Shown here piece by piece: positions 30,501 through 42,924 of a stretch of DNA of 64,000 nucleotides; positions within the stretch are counted from its first letter, which is position 1; each line of letters begins with the position of its first letter. The notes beneath the pieces are model-generated. The model did not search any database. It saw nothing but the letters and a program-made list of their open reading frames with translations, and had not been told where the DNA came from. The translations under genes were made by a program, and so were the position numbers. Source of the stretch: Eutreptiella sp. 'Long Island Sound 2002' (taxonomy: Eukaryota > Protista > Euglenida); contig OZ038379.1 of the NCBI GenBank assembly GCA_964036045.1, positions 17,732,001-17,796,000 on the forward strand. Reading direction: 5' to 3'.

Positions 30501-33500
30501 GCGAATATGTAGCCATATTGATTGCTCACCATGTTGGGGACTCTCTCAAGGCGGTGGTTATGTAGCCATGTTGATTGTTTCGCATGTTCCAGGCGTCGAC
30601 AAGGCAGCGGTTATGTAGCCACATTGATTGCTCACCACGCCGGGAACCCGTTTAGGCAAGGGTTGTGTGGCCACAAACACTGCTCCCACATTGGGGCCCG
30701 CGAGAAGGCAGTTGTTTGAAACCACCCTATTGATTGCTTTCCGCCTTGGGGACCCCGAGACGGCAGTGGTTATTAGCCACATTAATTGCGCATCCCCTTG
30801 AGGACTCTACAAAGAGGGGGTTTACGTAGGCCCATCGATTGCTCACCACGTTAGAGACACTAATAAGGCATGGGTAATGTAGCGACATTGATTGCTGACC
30901 ATCTTGGGAACACGGAGAAGCCAAGGGTTATGTAGCCATAGTCATTGCTCTCACATTGGGGGCCGCGAGAAGGCAGCTTTCCTGTAGCTGCATTGATTGC
31001 TCCCTGCTTTGGGGACCTCGACAAGGCAACGGTTAGGAATGCACATTGATAGCTCTCACTTCTAGGGAAGTTGCAAAGCTGTCATTTTGGAGCCGCATTG
31101 GTTGCTCAACACTTTGGTGACACTCAGAAGGGACTAGATACATTGCTTTTAGCTTTGGTGACCCCGAGGAGGCATTGATGGTGTCGCCATGTTGATTGCT
31201 CCACTCTTTGCGGATAGCAAGAAGGCGGTCGTTACGTCATGACTTTGATTTGTCCACTCTTTGGGGATCTTGCAAAGACAGGAGTTATGTAGCCACATTT
31301 ACTGCTCCCCCCTTTGGAGACCCTGAGAAGGGTGAGCTGACTTAGGCACGTCCATTGGTCCCCACTATAGGGGGCCCACCAAGGAAAAGTCTATCTAGCC
31401 ACGTTGCTTACTCCCCACTTTGGGGATCGTGGGAAAGCAACCGCTAGGTAGGTGCATTCATTGTGTCCCATCGTGCGGACTCCAAGAAGGCGTTTGTTAT
31501 CTAGCCAATTTAATTGCTACACATTTGCGGATCGCAAGAAGGTAGTCATGATGTTTCCACACCGATTGCCCTGCACTTTGGGGTTCCCGCTAGGCCAGGA
31601 GCTGTAGAGCCCCGCTTATTGCTCCCTACGTTGGGGCTTCTATAAGGTATGGGTTTTGTAGCCACATTGGTTGCCCACCATGTTGGGGACCCCGAAAAGG
31701 CAGGGGTTTTGTAGCCAAATTGATTGCTCTCACATTGGGCCTTGTGAGAAGTCAGCGTTTATGTAGGTGTATTGATCGCTCGCTGCCATGGGGACATGGA
31801 GAATGCAGCAATTATATAGCCGCATTCATTGCTCACCACGATCAGGACCTGGAGAAGGCATGGGTAATTTGTCCACATTGATTGCCCACCACGTTGGGAC
31901 CCCGAGAGGGTAGGGTTTACGTTAGCCACGTTGATTGCTCACCACGTTGCGAGACCTAAGAAGGCAGGGGCTAAGTGGCCATATTCATTGCTCTCACATG
32001 CAGGCCCGCGAGAAGGAAGTGGTATTGTAGCCGTATTGCTTGCTTCCCGCTTTGGGGACCCTCAATAAAAGCCTCGGTTATGTGGCCAATTGGATTGCTT
32101 CACTCTACGAAGGCGGGGGTTATGCAGCCAAATTAATCACATTGGGATTTCGGACAATGCAGGGGATATGTGGCGGTATTGATTGCTTCTTGGGGACCCC
32201 AAGAAGGCATTGGTTATGTAGCCACCTTCAATCCGCACCACGTTGTGAACCACCAGAACGCAACTGTCATCTGGCCGTATTGATTGTTCACCACGTTGCG
32301 GCCCCGAGAAGGCAATCACCATGGAGCCGAATGGATTGTTCGGGCCCACGAGAGGGCAGTGGTTTTTTAGATGTGTTGATTGCTTCCCGCTTTGGGGACC
32401 TAGTGATGGCTGCGGTGAGGAGATATTAGTTAGAAAATCTTCCAAGTTACATTTTCGCAGCCACATTGACAGCTCAACGCTTTGGTGACACTGAGGAGGG
32501 AGAGCTCATTTGTCTAGATTCGTTACCATGAGCTTTCGGGACTCTGAGAAGTAGTGGTTATGTTGCCATGTTGATTGATCCACTCTCTGGGGTTATCCAG
32601 AAGGAAATTTTTTATCCACCAATTTAGGATCTGGCAAAGGAAAGAGTTATGTAGCCACATTTAGTGCTCTCCCCCTTGGAGACTCTCGGAGGGCAGGGTG
32701 GCCAATTCAATTGTTCCACATTTCCACACACATCGTCAGAAGGTCGTCTTAAAGTTAGCACGTTGATTGCCCCGCATGTTGGGTTGCCCGCCATTGCAGT
32801 CAAGTTGGCTGCATACCCTCTACCTTCGCAGAGTTACCTAACACAATGAGCAATCGATGTGGCTACATATCCCCCGCTTTCGTAGCGTCCCCATCGGGGA
32901 GCAACAAATATAGCTACATCACCGTCACCTTCGTGAGGTGCCCAGTGGGGAGCAACCAATACGGCTACAAAATGATTGCCTTCTAGCGGACCGCAACGTG
33001 ATAGCATTGAATCTGGCTATACAACGAGGGCCCCATCATGGTGACGAATCAACGTGGATGCACGAACAATGCCTTCACGCAGGGCCGAATGTGACAGCAA
33101 ACAATTTGACTACATAGCGCCAGCCATCTCGGGGTCCTCAACGTGCTAAGCAATCAATGTGGCTACATAGCTGCCGCCTTCGTAGAGTGCCCATGGTGGA
33201 GAGAAATCCTATTGGCTCAACCCCGTGAAAGTGCGGTGGTTTGTAGCGGCATTGATCGCTGCCACCTTCAGGGACCTCGAAAAGGCAGCGGCTATGTGGC
33301 ACATGGATTGCGCACCAAGTTCGGGACCCGGAGAACAACGTTTATGGAGCCACAATGATTGCTCACCATGTTGGGGACCCCGCAAAGACATGGTTCATGT
33401 AGCCACATTGAGAGCTCACTCTGTTGGGGACATTACCCACCATGTTCTAGACAGCAAGAAGGCAGGGGTGATATAGCTACATTGATTGCTCTCACATTTG

Positions 33501-36500
33501 GCCCCCCAATCAGGCCATGGTTTTGCAGCCGTCTTGATTCCTCCATCATTTGGGCCCTCGAGCAGGCAGCGTTTCTGTGGCCGCATTGATTGCTCACCCC
33601 TTTGGGTGCTCTACGAACACGGGTGTTATGTAGCCAAATTCATTGCTCACCACGTTGCAATGACTGAAATGAATGGGGACAGTGAGAAGGCAAGGATGAT
33701 GTTGCCACATTGATTGCCGCACATCAGGGCCCGCGAGGAGGCCGTCGTTTTGTAGCCGGTTTGATTGCTCTTTTTTTGGAGACCTTGAGAAGGCGACGGT
33801 TGTGTAGCCACATCGAATGCTCCCCACTTATGGGACTACCCCGCAGTAGGCGTTATGTAGCCACTTTTATTGCTCCCCATTTTTCCGACTCCCCCGCAGC
33901 ACGTGTCCAGCAGCCACTTAGATTGCTCCCCGGTTTCTAAACCCTGACGCCATAGAGGTTATGTGGCCACATTAATTTCACCCCACTTCGACGATGCCAG
34001 CAAGGCCGAGGTGATGTAGCCACGTTGATCGTCCCCACATTGGTGACCTCGAGAACGTTGGAGTCAGGTAGCCACATTCATCCCCACGTTGAGCACCCGG
34101 GAAGTGTGAGTTGACTTTGCCAAATTGATGCCTCTCCAATTCGGGGACCCCAAGAAGAAAGGAACTATGCAGGCATGTTGCTTTCTCCCCTCTTTGGGGA
34201 TCCTCACATCTCAACGGTTAGGGGGTCAGGTCGATTCATTCGCAGTGTTCTGATTGTGAGAATGCAGTGGTTATGCACCCTCATTCATTGCTCCACATTT
34301 TGGGGATCCTCAAAAGGTATTTGTTATGTAGGCACTTATATTTCTCCGCACTTTGGGGATCTTGCATAGGCCAAAATTGTGTAGCCTCATTCATTACTGC
34401 AGATTTTCTGGGCTCCGAGAAGGCAGGGTCATATAGGCCCTTCGTATCGTGCCCACACTGCCGCGATGGTGAACACAGTTGATTATGTGGCCATAATGGT
34501 TCTTCCCCGCTTTGGGGTTTGTGAGCTGGCAACGTCAGTTACCCACACTGATTGCTCACCACGTTAGGGAACGTGAGAAGGCAAGTGCCATGCGCTCAGC
34601 ACATTGGGGACTCTTTGGCGGCACGGGTTATTTACCCAAATTGACTCCATTCACATTGGTTGCCGCGACAAGGCAATGGTTACGTAGGTGTATTGGTTGC
34701 TCCCCACTTTGGCGCCCTCCAGAAGACAGCGGTTATGTAGCCACATTGCTTGCTCACGACGTTGGAACCGCTGCGAAGGCAAAGGTTATGTAGCCGATTT
34801 GCATGCTCTCACATTGGCGCCCGCGAGAAGCCAATGGTTATGTAGCCAGATTGATTGCGCCTCGTTCTGGGGACCACCGCAAGGCAACGGTTATGTAGCA
34901 ACATTGATTCCTCACCACCTTGGGGACCCTAGAAGGCGGCAGTCATGTGGCCACATTCATTGCGTACCTTGAGTATTGAAAAACAATGCCGTTTGTGACC
35001 CGTGTTCAAAAATTTTAACTTCTATTGCTGTTAGGCCTAGTTTTCATGAACACTTGTTGGGGGCATTTCGAGGGGGGGTTTATTTTTTGGGCGGGTGAGC
35101 AACTTGGGCCGTCCAAGTGGAAGGGCGAGCTAACTTCGGCAAATTCATTGCTCCCCCCGTTTGGGACCCCAACAACAAAGAGACTATGTGCCCGTATTCC
35201 TGGGCCCTACTTTCTCGATCCTTGGACATCACGTCTTTGGTGGCTTCATTGACTATGTCGCATTTTCGGGACTCCGAGATTGCAACGCCACGTTTGTTGT
35301 TCCCCGCTTTGGAGATCATCAAGGCTATCCATCAAGGCATGGGTTATGTATCCACGTTTTTGACGCCAATTTCCTGCATCTTGCGCAAGCGGGGCTTATG
35401 TAGCCACATTGATTGCTCACTACGTTGGGCACTCTATGAATTTAGGGGTTATGTAGCCACATTGATTGCTCTCACATTGGGGCCCACATGCAGGAAGTGG
35501 GCCTATAGCCACATTCATTACTCCCTGCTTTGGGGATGCCAAGAAAGTGGTTGGTATGTAGCCATGTTGATTGCTCTCGGCTTTGGGGATTTTTAGAAGG
35601 CAAGGTTAGATAGCCATCTTGGTTGATCAACGTTTTCATGACCATAAGAAGGCAGAGTTGATTTGGCAATTTTGGTTGGTGCCCTTTTTCCAGATCATGA
35701 GTAGGTTTGGGCTTATGTAGGCACATCGATTGCTCCCAATTTCGGGGACCCGCGAAGGCAAGGGATATGTAGCCACATTGATTTTCACCACTTTGGGGTC
35801 TCCGCAAGGAAAGGCTTATGCAGGCACCTTGATTGCTCACCACTTTGGCCATCCCGAGAACAGAGACATTATGTCGCCACATTGATTGCTCCCCATTTCA
35901 ACGATCCCCGGAAGGCATAGGTGATGTGGCCACATTGCTCCGAGAGGGAAGGGGTTATGTAGCCATGTTGATTGCTCCCCTCTTTCGCAGCCCCGGGAAT
36001 GGCAAGGTGACTTGGCCACCATGATTGCTCGCAACTTGGAGGACCCCAAGAAGGACTGGACTACGTAGCCACACTGCTGGCCCCCGACTTTGGGATGCTT
36101 AGAAATCAACGGTTAGGTAGCCACATTGATTGTGTTTTATTTTGCGTATTCTAAGAAGGCTGGGGTGAAATAGCCACGTCGATTGCTTCATTCTTTGGTG
36201 ATACCGATCAAGCAGTCGTTACATTGCCACATTGATTGCCCACCATGTTCGGTACGCCGAGTAGGCAGGGGTGATGTAGCCACATTGATTGCCGTCACAT
36301 TCGGGCCCACAATGAGGCCATGGTTTTGCAGTCGTCTTGATTCCTCCGTCATTCGGGATCTCCACTAGGCAATCTTTCCGTCGCCACATTGATTGCCCAC
36401 CCCTTTGGGCGCTCTGCGAAGGCGGGGGGTTATGTAGCCAAATTCATTGCTCACCATGTTGGGGACAATGCGAAGGCAAGGTTGATTTGGCCACATTGAT

Positions 36501-38250
36501 TGCTCTCAAACTGGGGCCCGCGAGAAGGCCGTGGTTTGGTAGCCGTTTTGATTGCTCTCTTTTTGGGCACCTCGAGAAGGCATGGGTTATGTACACACAT
36601 TGATTGTGCTCCCCTTTGGGGATTGTACCAAGGCGGTGGTTTTTTTAGGCACATTGATTGGTCACCACATGGTTGACCTCGAGAACACATGGTTATGCGG
36701 CCACGTTGATTGCTCACCATGTTGGGGCCCGGCAGATTGTAGGGGTGACGTAACCACATTGGTTGCTGTCACATTGCGGCCGCCGAGAAGGTATTGATTT
36801 TGGAGTTGTTTTGATTGCTTGCCTCTTTGGGGGCACCCAGAAAGCATTGGTCATGTAGCCACATTGACCGCTCTCCACCTTAGGCACACTGCGTAGGCGG
36901 CATTTATGTCGCCACATTGATTGCTCACTACGTTGTGGACCCGGAGAAGGCAGGGGTTATGTAGCCACATTGCTCGCTCTCACATTTGGGCCCCCCGGAA
37001 GGCCATGATTTTCTCGTAGTCTCATTTGCTCCTTCTTTGGGGACCTCGAGAAGGCAGTGGTTGTGTAGCCGCATCAATTGCTCCCAATATCTAGGACTCC
37101 CCTGCAGCACGCATTATGTAGCCACTTTGATTTCTCCCCACTTTGTAAACTCTTCGGCCACAGAGGTTATGTGGCCATATTAATTTCACCCCACTTCGGC
37201 GATTCCGGGAAGGCACAAGTGATGTAGCCACATTGATCGTCCCCACTTTGGTAACCTGGAGAACGTCGTAGTCCCTCCCCATTTCAGCTATCCTCGGAGG
37301 GCATAGGTGATGTGGCCACATTGCTCCGACAAGGAAGGGGTTATGTAGCCATATTGATTGCTCCCCACTTGGGCCCCGGGAGCAAGCTGACGTAGCCACC
37401 ATGATTGCTCCCAACTTGCAGGACACCACAAAGAAAGGGACTACCTAGCCGCATTGCTTGCCCCCTACTTTAAGGATGCTAAGAAGTCAACGGTTAGTTA
37501 GCCACATTGGTTGTATCATGTTTTGGGCACTCCGAGAAGGCCGGGGTTAAAAAGCCACAATAAGTGCTCCACCCTTTGGGGGTACCGAGCAAGCAGTCGT
37601 TACGCGGCCACATTCATTGCTCATCATGTTCGGTACACCGCAAACAGACATGTGATATAACCACAGTGTTTGCTCTCACATTCAAGCCCGCACCTAGACC
37701 ATGGTGTTGTAGCCGTATTGAACCCTACATCATTCGGGACCTCGAGCAGGCAGCGGTTCTTTAGCCACATTTTTTGCTCTCACATTGGCGCCCGCGAGAA
37801 GCCAATGGTTATGTAGCCGAATTGACTGCCCCCGGTTTTGAGGACCAGTAGAAGGCAAGGGTTATGTAGCAACATTGATTCCTCACCATGTTGGGCACCC
37901 CAGAAGGCGGCAGTCATGTGGCCACATTCATTGCGTACTTTGAGTATTGAAAAACAATGCCGTTTGTGACCTGTGTTCAAAAATTTTAACTTTTATTGCT
38001 TTTAGGCCCAGTTTTCATGACACTTGTTGGGGGCATTTCGAGGGGGAGTTTATTTTTTGGGTGGGCGAGCAACTTGGGCCGTCCAAGTGGAAGGGCGAGC
38101 TAACTTCGGCAAATTCATTGCTCCCCCCGTTTGGGACCCCAACAACAAAGAGACTATGTGCTCGTATTCCCCGGACCCCACTTTCTCGATCCTTAAACAT
38201 CACGTCTTAGGTGGCTTCATTGACTATGTTCCATTTTAGGGACTCTGAGG
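27560..38250. repeat. Degenerate satellite, about 53-bp period (about 104-bp dimer at the left end)
   Basis: Approximate consensus ggggaccccgagaaggcaggggttatgtagccacattgattgctccccacttt. aagg anchors at 30126, 30179 and 30232 are 53 bp apart. The dimer period is visible at 27731 vs 27833. Confidence 0.92.
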
Positions 38251-38699
38251 GACCCGCTTTGGAGATCTTTAGTTTCAGTAGAAACTGAAGTTTAATTCGT
38301 TCCCTGGAGCTGCCGTCGATAGTGTGTTTATGCAGCATCTATATGTTCCCTTTCCGCGCTTAGTCGATTTTCGTAATCGAAATGGAGGGTGCACCGCATG
38401 GATTAGACGCACTGATCAAATTCTCCACAGATCACCACGAGAAGTGGTCAGAAAATGCAGGCAAAAAGCAGGTGCTGGACGTGGCCCATTTGGAGTGGAA
38501 AAGGATCAATCAGAGTCGCGGTTGGGTGGCTCGGATCCAGCATGCGGTTCAGCAGGTGGTGCCTGCGGGGCATGATGTCAGGGAGTTGTGGAATTTGCTG
38601 GCTGCATACAAGCTATACACAGGGACGCCGTTCAACGTGCCTCCATGCAGACTGTAGAGGGCGGTCTTCAAGCCACTGTCATCAGTCACCTCACGCAAA

Positions 38700-39800
38700 G
38701 GATCAATACCTAGTTTGTCATAGCTCCTCCTGTTGTTCCTTGCCTTCTTTCCATAGGTGCCCCCCCCTCCTACTTCTCCTTCCACTCCCGCGGCTATTTC
38801 CGCTCACACCGGGCGACCAGCCTAGTGGAGCGACAGCCCTCGTGTTGCAGTACGGCGCCACCAGCCACAACCGGCACCCCAGCAAAACGAGGAAGGCGGC
38901 CCACAGACCGCACTCAGCCAGCTCCGCCCCACTAGGCGGCGCCATTGGGAACCGCCGTGTGTCTTGGACCTTTGAAACCACCCAGTGCCCAACCCCCAAG
39001 ACACTATGAGCTCCATGCAGGCTGTAGAGGACAATCTTCAGGCCAATGTCATCCGCCACCTCATCCAACGGATGAGTACCTAGTCTGTCTTAGCTCCTCC
39101 TGTTGTTCCTTGCCTTCTTTCCACAACCGCTCCCGCTCCTCTTGTCTCTCCTTCCATCTCGGCGGCTACTGCCGCAATCCAGGGCAAGGCTCACATAGCG
39201 CAACCAGCCTGGCCGAGCCGCCAACCTTTGTGTTGCAGTAGGGCGCCAGCAACACAAGGACGACGGCCCGCGGGCCGCACTCAACCGGCCGAGCCCCACT
39301 ACGCGGCGCCACTTGGAAACCCCATATGTCTTGGACCATTGAAGCCACACGCCGCCCAACGCCCATGACACTACTAGCTCCATGCGGACTGTACAGGACA
39401 ATCTTCAGGCCAGTGTCATCGGTCACCTCACACAACCAGATCAATGAGTAGTCTGTCACATGCCAAAGGTGAAACCCTGGTTTGTACTATATGCCCTACT
39501 TCTTGAACCTGGCGGTTGCCTGAGAGCTCACATTACACTCTTTGAACTTGTTGAGCCCGAGGGAAAAAAAATGCGTAGTCTGTCATAGCTCCTCTTTTTG
39601 TTGCTTCACTTCTTTCCGCAGCCGCTGCCGCTCCTCCTGCTTCTCCTTTTGCTCCCGAGGCTGCCGCCGCAGCTGAAGGCAAGGCTCACCTAGCGCAACC
39701 AGCCTAGCCAAGCCGCCAATCTTCATGGTGCAGTAAGGCGCCACCAGCCACAGCAAGCAGCCCAGCAGCACAAGGAAGGCGGCCCACGGGCCACACGGCT
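38700..39800 (-). repeat. Diverged ~370-bp tandem repeat with coding-like units (hydrophobic helix + charged helix); second copy at about 51470-52450
   Basis: tagt(t/c)tgtc(a/t)tagctcctc anchors near 38711, 39081 and 39576. The minus-strand translation repeats KEGKEQQEEL...GLKIVLYS...AAFLVLLG.LLWLVAPYC. Confidence 0.65.
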
Positions 39801-42800
39801 CTTCAACACAGGAACTCAAGCTGCATGTGGTGCATACCGACCACGTGTGGCAATTTTGAATAGGTTGCAAACCTGTTTTGGGCAAGGAAAAAAGCTGGCT
39901 GTTTTTGGCCCAATAAGGAGGTGAAGAATTAGGAGTGCACCACTTGGTGCCTATGCCCCACGCCAGCATTGGGGATTTTTTGGCTCAAAACTTGGATTTG
40001 GCAAGGCCACCAGCTCAGCTCTAGTATGGCTAGAGTATAGTATACCATGAAGCGCTAGGAAGGAATAGTGACCAAAACAAAAAGGTGACGTGGTTGCTTG
40101 CCAGCAATATTACGACACCCCTCTCTCCTTAAACCTAGCTGAAAACAAGCCACAACAAGCGAGCAACAAGCAACACTTCTCCGTTCTATTTTGGCCATTA
40201 CTCCATCCCCACACATCACGCTCTATTGTACTCTAGCCATTTTCTACATTGACACATGGCCTGCCCAGAACCAAAGGTGGAGCCCAAAACTCACCAGTGG
40301 CGGCCCGGGGTGTAGGCACCAAGTAGGGAGGTGCCATCCCAAATCTGCACAATTTAGGGCCCAAATCAGGCGTTTTTTTTGCCCAAATCAGCCCCAAAGT
40401 GCATTCTAAAACAGCCAAAGGCTTGCTTTCCCCGCCAGCGATGCATCCATTGGTGCAACACCACACACGTGTACCTCAGCAAGGGACGTGGTACCCGAGC
40501 AGTGGCACAGCCAACTGGTGAAGGACTCAGGCACCTGAAAGGACGGGCGGCGATCATCAAGCACAGCTGTTGCTGATGTGCACACCTGTTGCACATGTGC
40601 ATGGTTCAACGCAATGAATACAATGCCAAATATGGCAGGCCTGCAATCCACAACGGGATGGGCTTGTGAATCCAATTGAACCATGGACTGATATGCAGAG
40701 TTGGTGAGGGAGGACAGATACGACTCCCCTTCAGCCGATAGAATGGCTGGGTCCAAGTTGAAGACCTTGCCCTGGACAATGAACTGCAGCACCTTTGCAT
40801 CTTCACAGACACATGCGACATCAACTCCCCTGCAAGGACGTAAAAGCTGCCGCTGGAGGGCTCTGCATAGCACAGGGCGCACAAAGCAGGTTTGGCACGC
40901 ACGCACAACGAATATCCAGCAGCTGCCTAGCAGCCAAGCATAGCGACTTTCCGCATGGTAGGCACAACACCGCATGCTAATAGGGAAACAAAACAGGGAA
41001 CAAATTAATGGATCACATGACACAAGACGCATGACACCACACAGAGTCTGATGGATCCAAATCCTTATCTTCTTGGTCATATCTTGTGGTGCAACGTATG
41101 CAGTGACATGTGGGGTTGTTCCCATGCTATGTGCATTTTCTCTCTTAAAGACGATGATAGCCCCATGATAACCCTAGACAACTCCCCTGAAGCCTGGAGC
41201 GTAAACCCCTACCAGGTCAACCCCCCCTCTCCCTCCCGCGTCGCCTGGGAGAGGCAAAAACTTATTTGGGGGGACGGTAAATAATAGGCCCGGTTCATGA
41301 TTTACCCGTTGAGAACACTCCATATGATTATAGATTCGCTGCAAACTGTACCACAGGTCCATAGCACAAAAAAAGGAGCCCACCCAATTCTTGTGTGCCA
41401 ATATGACAGATACAGCTAATACCTTAGAACCAGTGGCGGCAAAACATGATGTCGTCACCCAAAGACATGTCCCTTGGAACCATTTGGTCACATGTAATCT
41501 ATGTAGTCCTAGTGTGTGCAGCTATTCACCGGTCATCTCAAACACCCCCTTTTTCCTACTTGAGGGCCAGATAGAGTGAAAGCAGCGACTGAAACTTTAA
41601 TATATGGCAACCGGCCGGGTCACCATGTCAAACAGGTGTTGTGCACGCATCAAAATCAAAAATGCTGAGCCCAAGGTGCGTCCTGTTTGCAGGTTACCGC
41701 AGACTTCTGCATACAGTGCACCCCACCATATTGTGTATTGGCGGCAGCGGCAGCGGTATAGCAGTACTGACAGCTACCGTGCACCGCTTCTAGAGGCGAT
41801 ACTGCAGCCAGAGCTCTTGGTCGTTGCTGCACTCAAACTAAATTCAGTGGGCATGCATCACAACGCTGGCACACAACAACATCTAACAAAAGATAACAAG
41901 TTACCTGACTTCTGTTTGTCGATTGGTGTCATATGCTCGGACTGGGCTTGTCCAAGACTTTTTTGGGGTCTCTTGCGCAGGCGCTGTCCGAAATGTAATT
42001 GACCAATGGTTGGTACTCTCATGCTGCTCTGTCTCCCAGAAGGCATCGACAAAGGGACCAAGCTAAGGAAATGCCACTTTGATTGCAACTTTGAATTGCT
42101 GGGCATTATCAGAAGTAGCAAATGCCGCCATCGCTTATCTCGCACCTGTACTTGATAGTTGTTCTTTATACTTAATGAAGCAGAGGGTCAACTCCTGCCA
42201 CCTTGCCCTTTGGAGGGATGTCGAAATACACCTCCAGCCCTACCACAGGCATTGTGTCGGACTTCGCCATCACTACCAAATGATTTGGTGCTTGTGCCCC
42301 CCAGTGCTCCAAATCGTTACGGTCGAACGGCTTCATAGGTGAGGAGAACATAAAGCTTGCGGTTCTACGCTGCAATGAAGTGATGCAACGAAATAGCCTT
42401 GTTTCAATCGCTAAAAAGCGAGCAATGCCTGATTGCAATGAGACAATACTTTTGGGGATTTGGCATCATCCTCCTGATCATCTTCTTTGCGTTCACGCCT
42501 CCTTGTTTGTATTTGCTGTGGCGCATGCTGCCAACAATGCACCTCATTCTTCACCCAGCGGCCCCGGACATGTTCGTCACACTGTGGACAAGGATGATCG
42601 GCCGTTTTCGCATCGGGCTGCTTGTTAAACTGAATAAGAGTGAATGGAGCCCGCAGAAGACTAACCTTGTTTAACGCACAAATCAAACCCAAGCCCGACC
42701 CAACTCCCAGGGCATGTTTAAGTTGAGTGGGTGCAATTCTTGACGGCAAGTGTGCAAGTGTTTGGGAAGTGCACTCTTCAAGAGGATGCCTAGTACGTCA

Positions 42801-42924
42801 TGCAATCCCCACACAGCACAACTAAAAATGGTATTTCGTAGGAAGCCACAACATGACAACATGCATGCTGCCCCCACTCGTCAGCTGCACTCCGGAACCA
42901 AAATTAAACCGTTGCACATTCACA

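Noticed and set aside
27560-38250. Many 60-160 aa ORFs in the 53-bp satellite
   Set aside because: They are translations of the degenerate repeat (recurrent YVATLIA / WLCSHID text), not genes.
40150-42920. Blocks C and D as a specific transposase pseudogene
   Set aside because: Stop-riddled frames with no DDE or other diagnostic motif that I could identify.
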